Source: Ginglymostoma cirratum
Taxonomy: Eukaryota
Length of the DNA: 62,940 nucleotides
Assembly (NCBI GenBank): GCA_024137785.1
Contig: JAHRHZ010000021.1
Span: forward strand, 42,520,305 to 42,583,244
Direction of reading: 5' to 3'
Shown here: piece by piece, positions 1 through 12,499 of the stretch
Numbering within the stretch: position 1 is the first letter of the stretch
Layout of the letters: each line of letters opens with the position of its first letter
Notes under the pieces: generated by a model
Seen by the model: the letters and a program-made list of their open reading frames with translations, nothing else
What the model was told of the DNA's origin: nothing
Databases searched by the model: none
Program-made: the position numbers and the translations under genes

Positions 1-1920
1 AGGGAAAACCTGGAGGCATAGGGGATACAGGAGTTTACCTAAGAAGGGAATCAGGAGGGTGAAAAGGGGGCACAAGATAGCTTTGGCTGAGAAGATTAGG
101 GTGAATCCAAAGAGATTCTTCAAGTACGTTAAAGGAAAAAGAATAACTAGAGAGAGAGTAGGACCTCTCAAGGACCAAAGTGGAGATGTCTGTGTGGAAC
201 TGCAGGAGATGGGCAAAGTCCTCAATGAATAGTTCTCCTCTAGATTTGCCATGGGGAAAGACATGAAGACTTGGGAACATGGGGAAGTTAGTGGCGATAT
301 CTTGGGAACAGTCCCTATCACAGTAGAGGAGGTGTTGGAAGTATAAGAATGTATAAAGATGGATAAGTCTCCTGGTCCTGATCAGATATATCCTGCAAGA
401 GGCTAGGGAAGAAATTGCAGTGGCCCTGACTGATATATTTGAGTAATTGTTAGCGACGGGTGAGGTCCTAGAAGTCTGGAGGATAGGGAATGTTGTGCCT
501 TTATTCAAGAAGGGCTGCAAAGAAAAACCTCGGAACTATAGACCAGTAAGCCTAACATCTGTGGTATGTAAGTTACATGAAAAAATTCTGAGGGATAAGA
601 TATACATGCATTTAGAAAGACAAGGTTTGGTTAGGAGTAGTCAGCATGGCTTCATGCATGGGAGATCATGCCTCACAAATTTGTTAAGAGTTCTTTGAAG
701 TGACAAGGAAGGCTGATGAGGGTAGGATGGTAGATGTAGTCTATGTGGATTTCTGTAAGGCCTTTGATAAGGTTCCACATGGTAGCTGCTCTGGAAGGTT
801 AGATCACATGGAATCCACGGAGAGCTGGCAAATTGGATACACAGTTGGGAAGGATGAGGAAATTAGTAGGAAGTAGACAGTAATTGTGTAGGTTGTTTAT
901 CGGACTGGAGGCCTATGACAAGTGGTGTGCCTTGGGGTCGGTGCTGGACCCATTGCTGTTTGTTATCTATATCAATGATTTGGATGAGAATGTACAAGGT
1001 ATGATTAGTAAGTTTGCAGATGACACTAAAATAGGTGGTATCGTGGACATTGAGGAAGGTTATCAGAAATTGCAGCAGGATCTTGATCAGCTGGGGAAGT
1101 GGGCTGAGAAATGGCAAATGGAGTTTAAGTGTGAGGTGTTGCATTTTGGAAAGTCAAATCAAGGTAGGGGTTTCATAGTGAATGGTAGAGCCTTAAGGAG
1201 TGTAGTGGAACAGAGGGGCCTTGGAGTTCAGGTGCTGGTACTCTGAAAGTGGAGTCACAAGTAGACAGGCCAGTGAAGAAGACTTTTGGCGCACTGCCCT
1301 TTATTAGTCAGGATATTGAATATAGAAGTTGGGACGTTATGTTACAGTTGTACAGGAAATTGATGAGGCTGCACTTACAGTATTGTGTTCAGTTTTGGTC
1401 ACCTTGCTACAGGATGGAAGTTATTAAACTGGAAAGAGTACAGAGGAAATTTACATGGATGTCGCCGGGATTCAAGGAGCTGAGTTATAGGGAGAGGCTG
1501 GACAAGCTAGGATTTTTATCTTTAGAGTGTAGGAGACTGATTGGGATCTTATAGAAGTTGATAAGATCATGAGAGGCATGGAATAAGGGCGAATGCACCA
1601 AATCTTTTTCCCAGGATTGGGGAATTGAGGACTACAGGGCATCAGTTAAAGGTAAGAGGGGAAAGAATACATGGGAACCTGAGACGCAACTATTTTACAC
1701 AGAGGGTGGTACACATATGGAATGAGCTGCCAGCAGAAGTGGTTGAGGTGGGTACATTAACAACATTTAAAAGGGATTTGGATGAGTACAAGGACAGGAA
1801 AAGTTTAAAAGGATATAGGCCGAGTGCAGGGAAATGGGGTTAGTAGTGCATAACATTTTGGTCAGCATGGACCCGTTTGGATCGAAGGGCCTGTCTCCAT
1901 GCTGTAGGCCTCTGACACTA
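1..1920 (+). mobile_element. CR1-clade LINE, 3' part of ORF2 (reverse transcriptase) plus 3' end, disrupted by frameshifts and stops
   Basis: Broken ORFs give [74 protein letters not shown]. Ends in a CR1-like tail (gaagggcctgtctccatgctgt). Confidence 0.93.
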
Positions 1921-1924
1921 ATAG

Positions 1925-2250
1925 CTTTCCTACCATCATGGTTAGACTGACTGGCCTATAATTTCCTCATCTGTCCCTTCCTCTCTTTTTTTTAAATGTT
2001 GGGACAATGTTAGCAGTCCTCTGGCACCTCACCTGTGGCCATGGGTTTTGAACATTCATGTCAGGACCCCTGATATCTTCTCGCTTATATCACCCAGCAG
2101 CCTGGAGTAAATCTGCACCCACTGATACATCCAGTTTTAAAGCTGTAAAACCCACTAATACCTCCCCTCTTAATTTCCCCTAATATTTCACAGTCCTCTA
2201 TCTTGATGACAATACGTGCATAGTCCTTCTATGCACACATATTGAGTGAA
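1925..2250 (-). mobile_element. Old CR1 ORF2 fragment
   Basis: Reverse complement of ggttagactgactggcctataatttcc reads as NYRPVSLT. The flanks are degenerate. Confidence 0.6.
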
Positions 2251-2361
2251 CATTGTGCCCATAGGACCACAAGATATAAAAGCAGAATTCAGCCATTCGG
2301 GCCCATCAAGTCTGCCCCACCATATGATCATGGCTGAATGTTTCTCAACTCCATTTTCTTG

Positions 2362-2618
2362 ACATTCTCCCTGAGTCTACGTGGGTTTCCTCTGGGTGCT
2401 CCAGTTTCCTCCCACAGTCCAAAGATGTGCAGGTGAGGTGGATAGGCCATGCTAAATTGCCCTGTAGTGTCCAGGGATGTGCAAGCCAGGCACATTAGCC
2501 ATGGGAAATGTGAGAATACAGGGATAGGGTAGGGGGGATGGGTCTGAATGGGATGCTTTTTGGACAGTCCGTGTAGACTCCGGCCAAATGGCCTGCTTCC
2601 ACCCTTTAGGGATTCTGT
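2362..2618 (+). mobile_element. 5'-truncated V-SINE (HE1-like) between minus-strand CR1 3'-end fragments (about 2260-2360 and 2640-2890)
   Basis: V-domain gtgggtttcctctgggtgctccagtttcctcccacagtccaaagatgtgc and tail ggccaaatggcctgcttcc..gggattct, as in the copies at 5840, 9586 and 19381. Confidence 0.8.
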
Positions 2619-5600
2619 AAACACGGAAGGAAAACAAATGTGCCACTCGGCCCTTTCATCCTGCTTCACCATTCAATAAGATCATGGCTGATCTGATTTC
2701 AACCTCCACTCTACATTCCTACATAACCCCAATAATCTTTCACTCCCTTGCTAATCATGAATCTGTTTAACTTTGTTGTAAAAAAAAATTTAAGAGGTTT
2801 TGCATCCGCTGCCATTTGAGGTAGAGATTGCCAAAAACTCTCAACCCTCTAAGAGCGGGGGAAAGCAAACATTTCCTCATCTGCCTGAAGTGGGACTGCA
2901 GGAAGATTCTGTGGGAGAGGGTGGAGAAGTTTCATTGTGTGGCCAAGTAAGATGACCAAATGATTCAGGAAAGCACCATGTGACCTTTCTGTTTATTATT
3001 ATGTGAATATAATATTGATTGATTTATGCAAATGGTTACTAAGTATAATTCACCTTAGTATTAGTGTGAGCCTTTAGAAACAAGTTAAAACCAAATTGGG
3101 CTAATCTAGTAATAACTTCTGCCTTTTGAATCTAGTATAGATGGTAAAGGTAGTTTCACTGTTGCAGTTGTGGGTCTGATGATTGTAAAAGTAGATATAG
3201 AGCACTGTGAAGCAAGTAGTTTGCTCAAACTAACATTATAAATAATCTGTCTCTTGCAGCAGTATTGCATTTTAATCCATCATTTTTGTGATTTTCTTTT
3301 TGTCCTTTTAAAGATAGTAGATGACTCACATCCCATTTTATAATCGCCAAATAAATAGCTTTGTATCTTTACGTGTTTGTATTGAAATAAAATGCAAAGT
3401 AAAATTATTGTAATTATCCCCTAGGATGTGGGCGTTGCTCAGCTTAGCATGATTACTCGTTCTTCTCTATAAGGTGTGCATTTTACTGGCTGGCGATTTG
3501 ACGTTTATGTTGCAGTGCAAAAACCCACTTATTAAACAGTGATTTGGGAGAGTATGATGTAACCGAGTTGAGCTACCACAGAAATATAGAATACTGGGTA
3601 GGAAGTCAATTATATCAGAGATATATTTTGTTTGCCTTGTTTCCCTATTTTCATGTTGTAACTGGAAGTCCACAATTTGTGACAGGAAGATCTGTTTGCT
3701 GCTATGAATTTAGTTACTCTAATCCAATCTATTAAGACGAAGGATTCATCTTGGTACTTTTTTCACATAAAATGCAATGTGATTGAACAACATACACTTG
3801 AGACTTTAATTCATTTTCTCTTCTTCTTCATGAGTGCAGTATTACAAAAATAATGTTAAGATTTATGTGTAGTTAAATCAGAAGGCGGTTCCTCCACTTT
3901 GGTCAATCTCATTCTAACTGTTCCAATTTCTAGTCTACACAATAGATGGCAAACCACCTTCTCTGTGTTTTACACTGAAATGGAGACCAGCTACAACTGG
4001 GTGTTAGTGCACGTTTGCACTTTGCTGCTTTGTTGGTAACCAGGATTGTCAACAGGAGGAGTATTAGAATTAGTTTTACTAAGTAAAACACTAGTTTAGC
4101 AGAGTCATATGTAATCAAGGCTTTCAAGAGGGAATTGGATGAACACCTGAAGGGAAAGAGAATCTGTAGGGCTTCAGGAAAAGATGGAGGAGTGAGACTA
4201 GTTGATTTGCTCTTGCAGAGAGCCAACATGGACATGACAGGTCAACAGGCCTCCTTTGATCCTGTAACTATTCAATCATTGCAGCATTTATACAACTTCA
4301 CTGGTAATTTAGAAAAAGTGTCTTCAAAAATGTATTTTTTTATGCTATATGAATAATGGTAAAGTTACTTCATTCATGTGGCCACCTTTTTTTATGATTT
4401 CCAGCCTTTTCTCAAAACATATACTTGCTACTAGAAGCATATCACAGGCAAATCCTTAAATTCTAGGAACTTGCATACTATCTACACTTAGTGACTGGAT
4501 ATAGTCTGCTCTTGGGTAATAGGTACTAGCATCCAATCTATGATAATTACTTGCTACAAGTAAAAGAACACCACTTTCAGAAACCACATAACTCCAGTTT
4601 AAAATTCTTAAATCTCATCTCTTCTCCAATGTTAATTTTTGCAAATTTTCTGGGACCAAAATAATGAGTTTCAGAATTCTCATTGAGCTCTTTGGGAAAG
4701 TTCTTATAACTGTCATGGAAGTCTGTAACGTGGGCAATTTCAGCTCTACAGGTTTTTACCTGAATGAAATTATTTGGTTAAAATAAATGAATTAAAGGAA
4801 TGAGGTTTTACTGCTGAGATATGTTTACTTCAGTTAGCTTCTTAAACAAGGGAACCAGAGTATGTAGCTTTCTAACGAGATTCTTCGAATAAACCGCAAT
4901 CTTTGCTGCTAAACAGGTTTCTTTAAAAAAAAATTCTATCCTGTAGGTAGAAAAATAAACATGAACTATTACTAGCCTATAATTTGCTTAATTGCTGAAC
5001 AGATTTGATCTGTCTTGTTTTCTGAACACAGCCTGAGTTGGTGTATCAAATAGTTTGTAGTTTTCGAAAAGTTTGCTGGCACATGTGTGGGACAACACCA
5101 ATACCTGTATTGATTATTTCCCAGCAGTAACTGTCTGTAAGTGCAGGTAACTGATCATTTACTCGGATGCTGCATCATCACTACCTAACTCTGGGTAGAA
5201 TTTGATTTACCTATTGGTTCTCATTCCAGATCAAAGCAAAACTTTTTTTTAAAAAAAGCAGCAGTTAAATCTTCTGTTTGAAATATATTGCTACTGTGGC
5301 CTCGTTGAATGTCTGGAATTTGACTCCATGCTATGCACGCCGCAATATGTACTCAAGGCAATGCAGCCAGGAACTTGTGAAATAAAATAGGAAATGCTGA
5401 GTTTGTTAAAAGTTTACATCTGACCCTGTTTGTTCCTCCCTTATTTTCCAATACAGATTGAGCTGTTGTGCATTACCTGCACTTTCTGCTTTTTATTTCA
5501 GATTTGCAGTATTCGACATTTTTCTCTTGACAATCCTTATCACTGTGCTGTATTACAAATGTCACTTTCTGTCAGTATTCCTTAATCTCTCAAGATTGGT

Positions 5601-5839
5601 AATCTAAGGAAAAGATTAAAAATCAGGGTTCAGTGTGGTTGCCATCTTTATATGGTATTGGAGGAGGGTTTACATAGTGATGCCACATGGATATGAAGTA
5701 CTCTACATCCAAGTATACTGTGCCTAACTTTTACTAAAAGGACTATATTTGCTTTATAAGTATCTATCAGTCTTTTTTAAAATTAACAGTTGATCTAGCA
5801 TCAATTCATCTTTGTGAAAAAAAAAAATCCAGACTCAGA

Positions 5840-6172
5840 GGGCAGCACAGTGGCTCAGTGGTTAGCACTGCTGCCTCACAGCGTTGGGGACCCGGGTTCG
5901 ATTCCACCCTCAGCTGACTGTCTTGCGTGAAATTTGCACATTCTCTCTGTGTCTGCATAGGTTTCTGCCAGGTGCTCTGGTTTCCTCCCACAGTTCAAAT
6001 ATGTGCAGGTTAGGTGGATTGGCCATGTTAAATTGCCCATAGTATCTAGGGGTGTGTAGGTTAGGGGCATTAGCCATGGGAAATGCAGGTTTACAAGGGT
6101 AAGGGGATGGGCCCAGGTGGGATATTCTTTGGAGGATTGGTGTGTACTTCTTACCACACTGTAGGGATTCTA
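5840..6172 (+). mobile_element. tRNA-derived V-SINE (HE1-like), full length
   Basis: A box TGGCTCAGTGG at 5851, B box GGTTCGATTCC at 5895, V-domain, 3' end gtagggattcta. Confidence 0.88.
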
Positions 6173-6587
6173 ATAAACCATCTTTGATATATTTTAGGCT
6201 GATCTTGAGCCCCATGGCCTAAGTGATGGAAACTGTATGCCAATCCACTTTGTTTTGTCTTTTTGAAGTGCCAGAATTTGAAAAGCAGGAAAGCTAATCT
6301 TGGGTCACATAATCAAGACGCTGAAAGATAGTTATTTACAGTGTGCATTCCTTGTGCCTGAACTAATAACAACTCACATATAAACAAGTACCCAACCATG
6401 GGACACAGTTTTGTATTTCATATAACTGCAAATCTATCCACAACACCATTAGCCCTGCAATTTAGAAAGAAAGAGCAGACTATTTCAGAGATCATAGGTA
6501 CTGCAGATGCTGGAGAATCCGAGATAACAAGGCGTAGAGCTGGATGAACACAGCAGGCCAAGCAGCATCATAGGAGCAGGAAAGCTT

Positions 6588-6615
6588 GACGTTTCGGACC
6601 TAGACCCTTCATCAG
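6588..6615 (-). ncRNA. Minimal type I hammerhead ribozyme motif (PLE-borne)
   Basis: Minus strand reads CTGATGA-agggtctaggtcc-GAAAC-GTC: hammerhead core, short stem II, palindromic ACGT stem III, GUC cleavage triplet. Confidence 0.7.
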
Positions 6616-7105
6616 AAATGGGGGAGGGGAAGAGGGTTCTGAAATAAATGGGGAGGGGGGGGGAGGTGGATAGAAGATGGATAGAGGAGAGGATAGGTGG
6701 AGAGGAGGCAGACAAGTCAAAGAGGCGTGGATGGAGCCAGTAAAGGTGAGTGTAGGTGGGGAGGAGATAGGTCAGTCCAGGGAGGACTGTATCCACATCC
6801 CAAAACCAGCCCAGCTCATCCCCACCTCCCTAACCTATTCTTCCTCTCACCTATCCCCTTCTCCCACCTCAAGCCGCACCCCCATTTCCTCCCTACTAAC
6901 CTCATCCCGTCCCCTTGACCTGTCCGTCCTCGCTGGACTGACCTATCTCCTCCCTACCTCCCCACCTACACTCACCTTTACTGGCTCCATCCCCGCCTCT
7001 TTGACCTGTCTATCTCCTCTCCACCTATCCTCTCCTCTATCCATCTTCTATCCACCTCCCCCTCTCTCCCTGTTTATTTCAGAACCCTCTTCCCCTCCCC
7101 CATTT

Positions 7106-7133
7106 CTGATGAAGGGTCTAGGCCTGAAACGTC
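7106..7133 (+). ncRNA. Minimal type I hammerhead ribozyme motif (PLE-borne), sense to the PTPRZ1 pre-mRNA
   Basis: CTGATGA-agggtctaggcct-GAAAC-GTC. Stem I is weak (ttt/aag). Confidence 0.7.
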
Positions 7134-7682
7134 AAGCTTTCCTGCTCCTATGATGCTGCTTGGCCTGCTTGTGTTCATCCAGCTCTACACCTTGTCATAG
7201 CAGACTATTTCAGTTGTGTCATGGGCACTCCAGTGTAGTTAACCAACTATTTATTTTCCCTAGAATGATATAAAAATTTATTGTGACAATACTAGCTTTG
7301 TATTCTCCATCTGAACATCATTCCATTGAACACCTGATAGTAATCTCACTCAGTTGTGTAGGGGGCTATTACAATTGTTCTTTCCAACATTCATTGCCAA
7401 GGGTTGTTGTGCGTCTTTGTGCCACCTCCAACCAAGCCCAGAGTGCTGATGTAGCCACGTGTTTCATATATACCCCCAGGTAAACAACAAGAAAATCCAA
7501 CCTTGTAACTAGCCTTAAGTTGTGACTGATATATTGTTTCTATTTCATTATAGATTCTAGCATATCTCTATCTGTCTGCCTTTCAAGCTGTAGCAGAGTT
7601 TGACCCTATAAGCATAATCATACCAATTAGCAATGGTAGACTGAACCCAGATTTGCCAGGTTTGATGCATGTAAAACTCGGA

Positions 7683-7855
7683 ACAAAATCCTGGAACTCT
7701 GTCCCTACCAGCGCTGTGTGTGGTTGTGTCTACATCAAATGGACTACAGTGGTTCAGGAAAGTGGCTCACCACCACTATCTCACGGGCAATTAGGGATGG
7801 ACAATAAATACTGACTTTGCCAGCGATGACCATATCTTGTGAATGATTCGAAAGA
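7683..7855 (+). mobile_element. 3' end of a second CR1-group LINE family
   Basis: tcctggaactc..ggttcaggaaagtggctcaccacca..gggcaattagggatggacaataaatac matches the tails at 28576 (-) and 31650 (+). Confidence 0.7.
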
Positions 7856-8439
7856 AGTATTGTCTAGATCTTTGTCCTTACCTTTAATCAAAATCTCCAC
7901 TACTGCAGTAGTTCTACACAGTAGCAATAGGCTTCATTCACACTCCAGACTTAATCAACTTTCCCTCACAAGCTGAGGTACGTAAAGTGTTATAATGCAC
8001 CATTCGGTATCAAAAACACAATAATCTACAAGCAGAGGTCATTTTGATCTAGCCCACTCGCCAAGTAATTTATCCGTGGAAAGTTATATCTAATGGGTTG
8101 TAAAAGAAGTGTCTAATCCAATTTTCACGTCTTCTAAATTTGATGACCTTAGTTTCAAGATTACTTAAAGGAAACAATGCCTGGGGTAGTTGTTGTGATT
8201 CTGAGTCGTGGATAAGTACCTGGTACCTGAAGTAATTAGAATGCTTTGATTGTATTATAACCTCATTAATTAGCACTTAATACCATCTACATTTATTGTG
8301 GGTTATCTTTCTGTAACTAGGTAATGTTTTAGAACCTTCAAAACAGGGTCAGCGCTTTGAAATTACAATAACAGTATTTTACATTAGCTTTACCAAAATC
8401 ACTCAGCAATGTTGTTGATATTTTGATGCTTTTCTTCAG

Positions 8440-8619
8440 GTCACTTAAATCAGAATAACTGGGTGAAGAAATATCCAATTTGCTCCGGTCCTAAACAATC
8501 CCCCATCAATATAGAAGATGGTTTTACTCAAGTCAACATGAATTTCCGAAAACTACTCTTTGAAGGCTGGGAACGTAAATCCAGTGGAAATACAGTCATT
8601 CACAACAATGGGAAAACAG
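8440..8619 (+). CDS. PTPRZ1: PTPRZ1 exon (mammalian exon 3 equivalent), start of carbonic-anhydrase-like domain
   Basis: tttcttcag| ... |gtattc; 180 nt, phase 1/1; (G)[59 protein letters not shown] with the alpha-CA QSPINI motif. Confidence 0.95.
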
Positions 8620-8870
8620 GTATTCTCTCATTGTCTTATTTCCATATAAGATATCATAGCTACATTTCAAGATATATTTGGGACTGGTCTGTTACATATT
8701 AAATAGAATTAAGGTGCCTTTACTGCTTTCTTTCTCTCCGCTTACTTTGGATGCCTTATTGCTGAAATTCATTCTACAAACATTATTCCTCTGATGTCTG
8801 TTTTAGTAACACGTCCAATATATTTACAACAGGATAACTAACGTCAAAACCTTTTATTCTCCATCTTCAG

Positions 8871-9019
8871 TGGAAATGAATTTGACAGATGAATATTACA
8901 TCAGTGGTGGTGGCATGAAGTCCAGGTATAAAGCAGGCAAGATAATGTTCCACTGGGGCAAGTGTAATGCAACAGATGGATCAGAACATAAAATAGATGG
9001 ACAAAAATTTCCATTGGAG
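8871..9019 (+). CDS. PTPRZ1: PTPRZ1 exon 4 equivalent (CA-like domain); absent from the ORF track
   Basis: catcttcag| ... |gtgatt; 149 nt, phase 1/0; (V)[49 protein letters not shown] with FHWG and GSEH motifs. Confidence 0.96.
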
Positions 9020-9225
9020 GTGATTTGCTTTTTTTAATATTTAACCTGAATTTATATATTTAATATACAAACGTACCAACACATTGATTTTATGATGAAA
9101 ACTGCTCTAGACTCTACTTGAGGCTTGAAAGCTCACGACTCAACAGATCCACATAGCACTTTTTTGAAAGCAAAGAAAGAAGGAAACTTCAAACTGTGTA
9201 TGATCAGAGGTAAAAGCAGACATGA

Positions 9226-9360
9226 AAATAAAACAAAGAACTGTGGATGCTGAGGATCTGAAGCAAAAACAGAAATTGTTGGAGAAACGCAGCAGGTCTG
9301 GCAGTATCAGTGGAGGGAAAGCAGAGTTGACATTTCAGGTCCAGTGACCCTTCTTCAGAA
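9226..9360 (-). mobile_element. Short PLE-type element, family 2, with degenerate hammerhead motif at its 5' end
   Basis: Homologous to 10012-10174 and 38954-39198. Minus strand begins ttCTGAAGAagggtcactggacctGAAAtgtcaactc. Confidence 0.7.
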
Positions 9361-9585
9361 AAAGTAGAAACTCAAGTTGGGATTTTTTCCAGGGTATGGA
9401 AATTCCGTTGCTAGGTATGTAGGATATGAGGGGCCATGTGGCATGGTGAAAGAATGTACTTTTGCACTGTAAGCATGCATAATACCTATAGAACTTAACT
9501 ATCAAAAGGCTCCATGATCTAAACTATGGTACACAACTTTTGATAGACTGTAAACCACAACTTTTTGAAAAGCTGGCTTGACTTG

Positions 9586-9937
9586 ATGGCGGCTGAGTGG
9601 TAAGCACTGCTGCCTCACAGCACCATGGGCCTGGGTTTGATCCCAGCCTCAGGTTACTGTGTCTGTGTGGAGTTTGCACTTTCTCCCTGTCTCTGCGTGG
9701 GTTTCCTCCGGGTGCTCCAGTTTCCTCCTACGATCCAAAGAGTGCAGTTTAGGTGGATTGGCCATGCTAAATTGTCCATAGTGTCCAGGGATGTGCAGTC
9801 TAGGTGGTCTCGCCATGGGAAATGCAATGTTACAGGGATAGGGTAGGGAGAGGAGGTGGGTCTGGGTGGGATGCTCTTCAGACAGGCAGTATGGACTCAA
9901 TGGGTCAAATAGCCTGTTTCTACACTGTAGAAATTGT
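9586..9937 (+). mobile_element. V-SINE (HE1-like)
   Basis: ggctgagtggtaagcactgctgcctcacagc..gggtttgatccc head, V-domain tgtgtggagtttgcac..ggtttcctccgggtgctcc, CR1-like tail. Confidence 0.88.
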
Positions 9938-10011
9938 AGGACTTCATGAAAATTACAAAAAACTAAGAGATGCTTATCCCTGCAGTGTAGGGTTGAGAGT
10001 GCAGAGTGCAT

Positions 10012-10174
10012 TAAAAACCAAAAGAACTGCGGATGCTGTAAATCAGGAACAAAAACAAAGTTGCTGGAAAAGCTCAGCAGGTCTGGCAGCATCTGTGGAG
10101 GAGAAAACAGAGTTAATGTTTCGGGTCCAGTGACCCTTCCTCAGAACTCGATTCATCCTCCACAGATGCTGCCG
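10012..10174 (-). mobile_element. Short PLE-type element, family 2, with a small inverted segment and 13-bp TSD
   Basis: TSD gtgcagagtgcat at 9999-10011 and 10175-10187. The terminal cctccacagatgctgcc is an inverted copy of internal ggcagcatctgtggagg. Confidence 0.8.
10110..10149 (-). ncRNA. Minimal hammerhead ribozyme motif, family 2
   Basis: Minus strand gagtt-CTGAGGA-a-gggtc-actg-gaccc-GAAAC-att-aactc: 5-bp stem I and 5-bp stem II. Stem III is altered by apparent CpG decay (cg>ca). Confidence 0.75.
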
Positions 10175-11769
10175 GTGCAGAGTGCATGCCTGCAACTCCC
10201 ACCCTATCCTGATAAAACAGGGGCATCATGAATGGGGCTGGGAGTTCTGGGATAAGGTCATGGACTCCATTCTAATAGATCCATAAAGCTTCCAATCTCC
10301 AAAAATCTATTTCATCATTCCCTAGGTAAGGAGACTGTACCAAACCCTTTGGGCTAGCCCGAAGTGCATTATAGCCAATGGGCAAATTTAACTTCAGTCA
10401 ACTGCTGGTATGCCAGTCTATTTGGGATAGTTTACTTTCTATTTATTGAAAACAAATTTTCTACTCTTAGTCAGGTAGCTTTATTTCTTCCTGTGTTTCC
10501 TCCTTTCTCATTTTTAAATTTGACCTAATAATGTCCTGAATCCTAGACCATCCCCTGCTATTACATTGTGTCCTTGCTCAAAGTAATTGCCCGGAACTAA
10601 GTGTACCATTTCCCCATTCTTTTTTGGCTTGTAAATATTTTCAAACATTTTTTATTTGAAGAACCATTTTTCAAACGGATTATTAATCAAAGATCCACTC
10701 CTATTTAAACTATACTGCATAACACAAACTATATGAAATTGCTGCAAGTAAAGGGTGTTTTTCTGGTCACGTCTCCAGCCACCACTCACAGGCTTACTCT
10801 TAATTATGGCAACTTAAATTGTTGGCTTGTCATTCTCACATGGCTGGCCAATCATTACAAGGGGGTTCATGGATCACAATGATCTAGAAAGCAATCCTAT
10901 GAATGCAGAAAGTACTACCTTCTTTGCTACATATTTTAGACAATTAAAATATGAACTAATATGACTTTTTACTTTTACTCCCTTCCTAATTTGCCCGCTT
11001 ATCCTTTCTGCTATCTTCCTTCCACTGTCAGGTTGTCTGTAATACATTGCTAATGCTCCCGGTCTCATTTGTCACTTTGGACAAATAAATTCAACTTTTG
11101 CACCATCCCCGTGCCTTCTCTGTTTCTAATAGTGTAATGAAATCTTTTATTGAAATGAAATGAGATGCAATGAAATCTATTGCTAGCCCTTTCTACTCCA
11201 TTTCTGCTTTATATTTTGTAGCCATTCAGTTTCACTTTACTGTCTAAACTTAGATTAGGACATGTTAGTCAGTGGTATTCCATAGTTGCCTCTCTAGAAT
11301 TTTAATCCTGCAACTTACCAGTTTTAATTGCACTACAAGAAGCCAAACTAATCTCTGGTTTTGGCAAATATACACATTTCCTGAAATTTTTTTTCTTTCC
11401 CCTTTTCTAAAGTTCCAACCTTGTTGAGTTGCTTTCCCTTTGCCTCATCTTGTTTCTCTGTTCCCCTTAATACCATCTCCATAAAAACCTCTCAGCAAGC
11501 ACATAGATCCCAGTTTTATTTCGATAAAGGTTAAAATCTTAACTGGATCATAACTGTTATAGAACTCGCCCCAGGTCCTAAGGAATCTTGAGCCTTGAGC
11601 TATTGCCCTTACTTGCTTTTCTAATTGCTGCAGTTTCCTTTTTAGCAGATCTCCAAATATATATCTTTGTACGATATCGGTTCCCTAGTAGACTGCACTT
11701 CCAAGCTACTTCCTGTCCTACTCCATAATATCCATTCCCTGATAACTAGCTGGCAAGGCTAACAAAATA

Positions 11770-12480
11770 GATATGAATGTAGGAGTTATGGTCAGTCAGT
11801 TTGCAGATGGCATGGAAATTGGTGGTGTGGTTAGTAGCAAGGTGTAAAGCTTACGATACCAGAACGAAATGAACAAAGGAAATTTAATCATGAAAAGTTT
11901 GAGGTGATGCATTTTTGGAGGTTTAACCTGGTGAGGGAGTACACATTAGTTGGTAGGACTCTAGGAAGTATAATGTTCAGAGGAACCTTGATGCACGTGT
12001 CCATAGATCCTTGAAAGACTCAACTCTAAATGAATGTGAGCTCCTTTTTAAGACATTGGAACATTAGAAAACAGGAGCAAAGGTGGGCCATTCAGCCTTT
12101 GAGCCTGCTCCACCATTCAATATGATCATGACTGATTGTCCAATTCAGTCCCCTATTCCAATTTTCTCCCTGTACCCGTCAATCCTTTTAGTCCTAGGAG
12201 CTATATCTAACATTAATTGTTTTGGCTTCAACCACTTTCTGTGGTAGTGAATTACACCGGCTCTCCTCTCTGAGTGAAGACATTTCTCCTCCCCTCACTT
12301 TTAAAAGGTTTACCCCTTATCTTTAAACAATGATCCATGGTCTGGATTCCCCCACCGTCAGGAACACCCTTTCTGCATCTAATCTGTCTACTTCTGATAG
12401 AATTTTATAGGTTTCTATGAGAGTTCTCTTCATTGTTCTAAACTTCAGTGAATATAATCCTAACCAATCCAGTCACTGGC
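11770..12480. mobile_element. Two old CR1 fragments: plus-strand RT piece (about 11770-12020) and minus-strand 3' end (about 12055-12480)
   Basis: cagtttgcagatg..aaattggtggtgtgg and gaggtgatgcatttt on the plus strand; aacattagaaaacaggagcaaaggtgggccattcagcc is a typical reverse CR1 terminus. Confidence 0.7.
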
Positions 12481-12499
12481 AGTCACAGGTAGAATGAAC

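Larger units (their letters stand above)
6489..7198. mobile_element. Penelope-like element 3'-end palindrome (minus arm 6489-6788, plus arm 6796-7198) with 15-bp TSD
   Basis: The arms are reverse complements and match the 3' end of the RT/GIY-YIG element at 45318-46770. Direct repeat agcagactatttcag at 6474-6488 and 7199-7213. Confidence 0.88.

Noticed and set aside
5840-5910. tRNA gene
   Set aside because: The A and B boxes continue into the V-SINE body and tail, so it is a SINE head. The same applies at 9586 and 19381.
6485-7153. Recurring ORFs containing ETSSFPAPMMLL (also at 40599, 48766, 58875, 58906)
   Set aside because: They are translations of the non-coding PLE 3' end and its hammerhead, not a protein family.
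6489-7198. MITE or DNA transposon with long terminal inverted repeats
   Set aside because: The arms are unequal, vary in length between copies, have variable TSD lengths and match the 3' end of an RT-encoding element.
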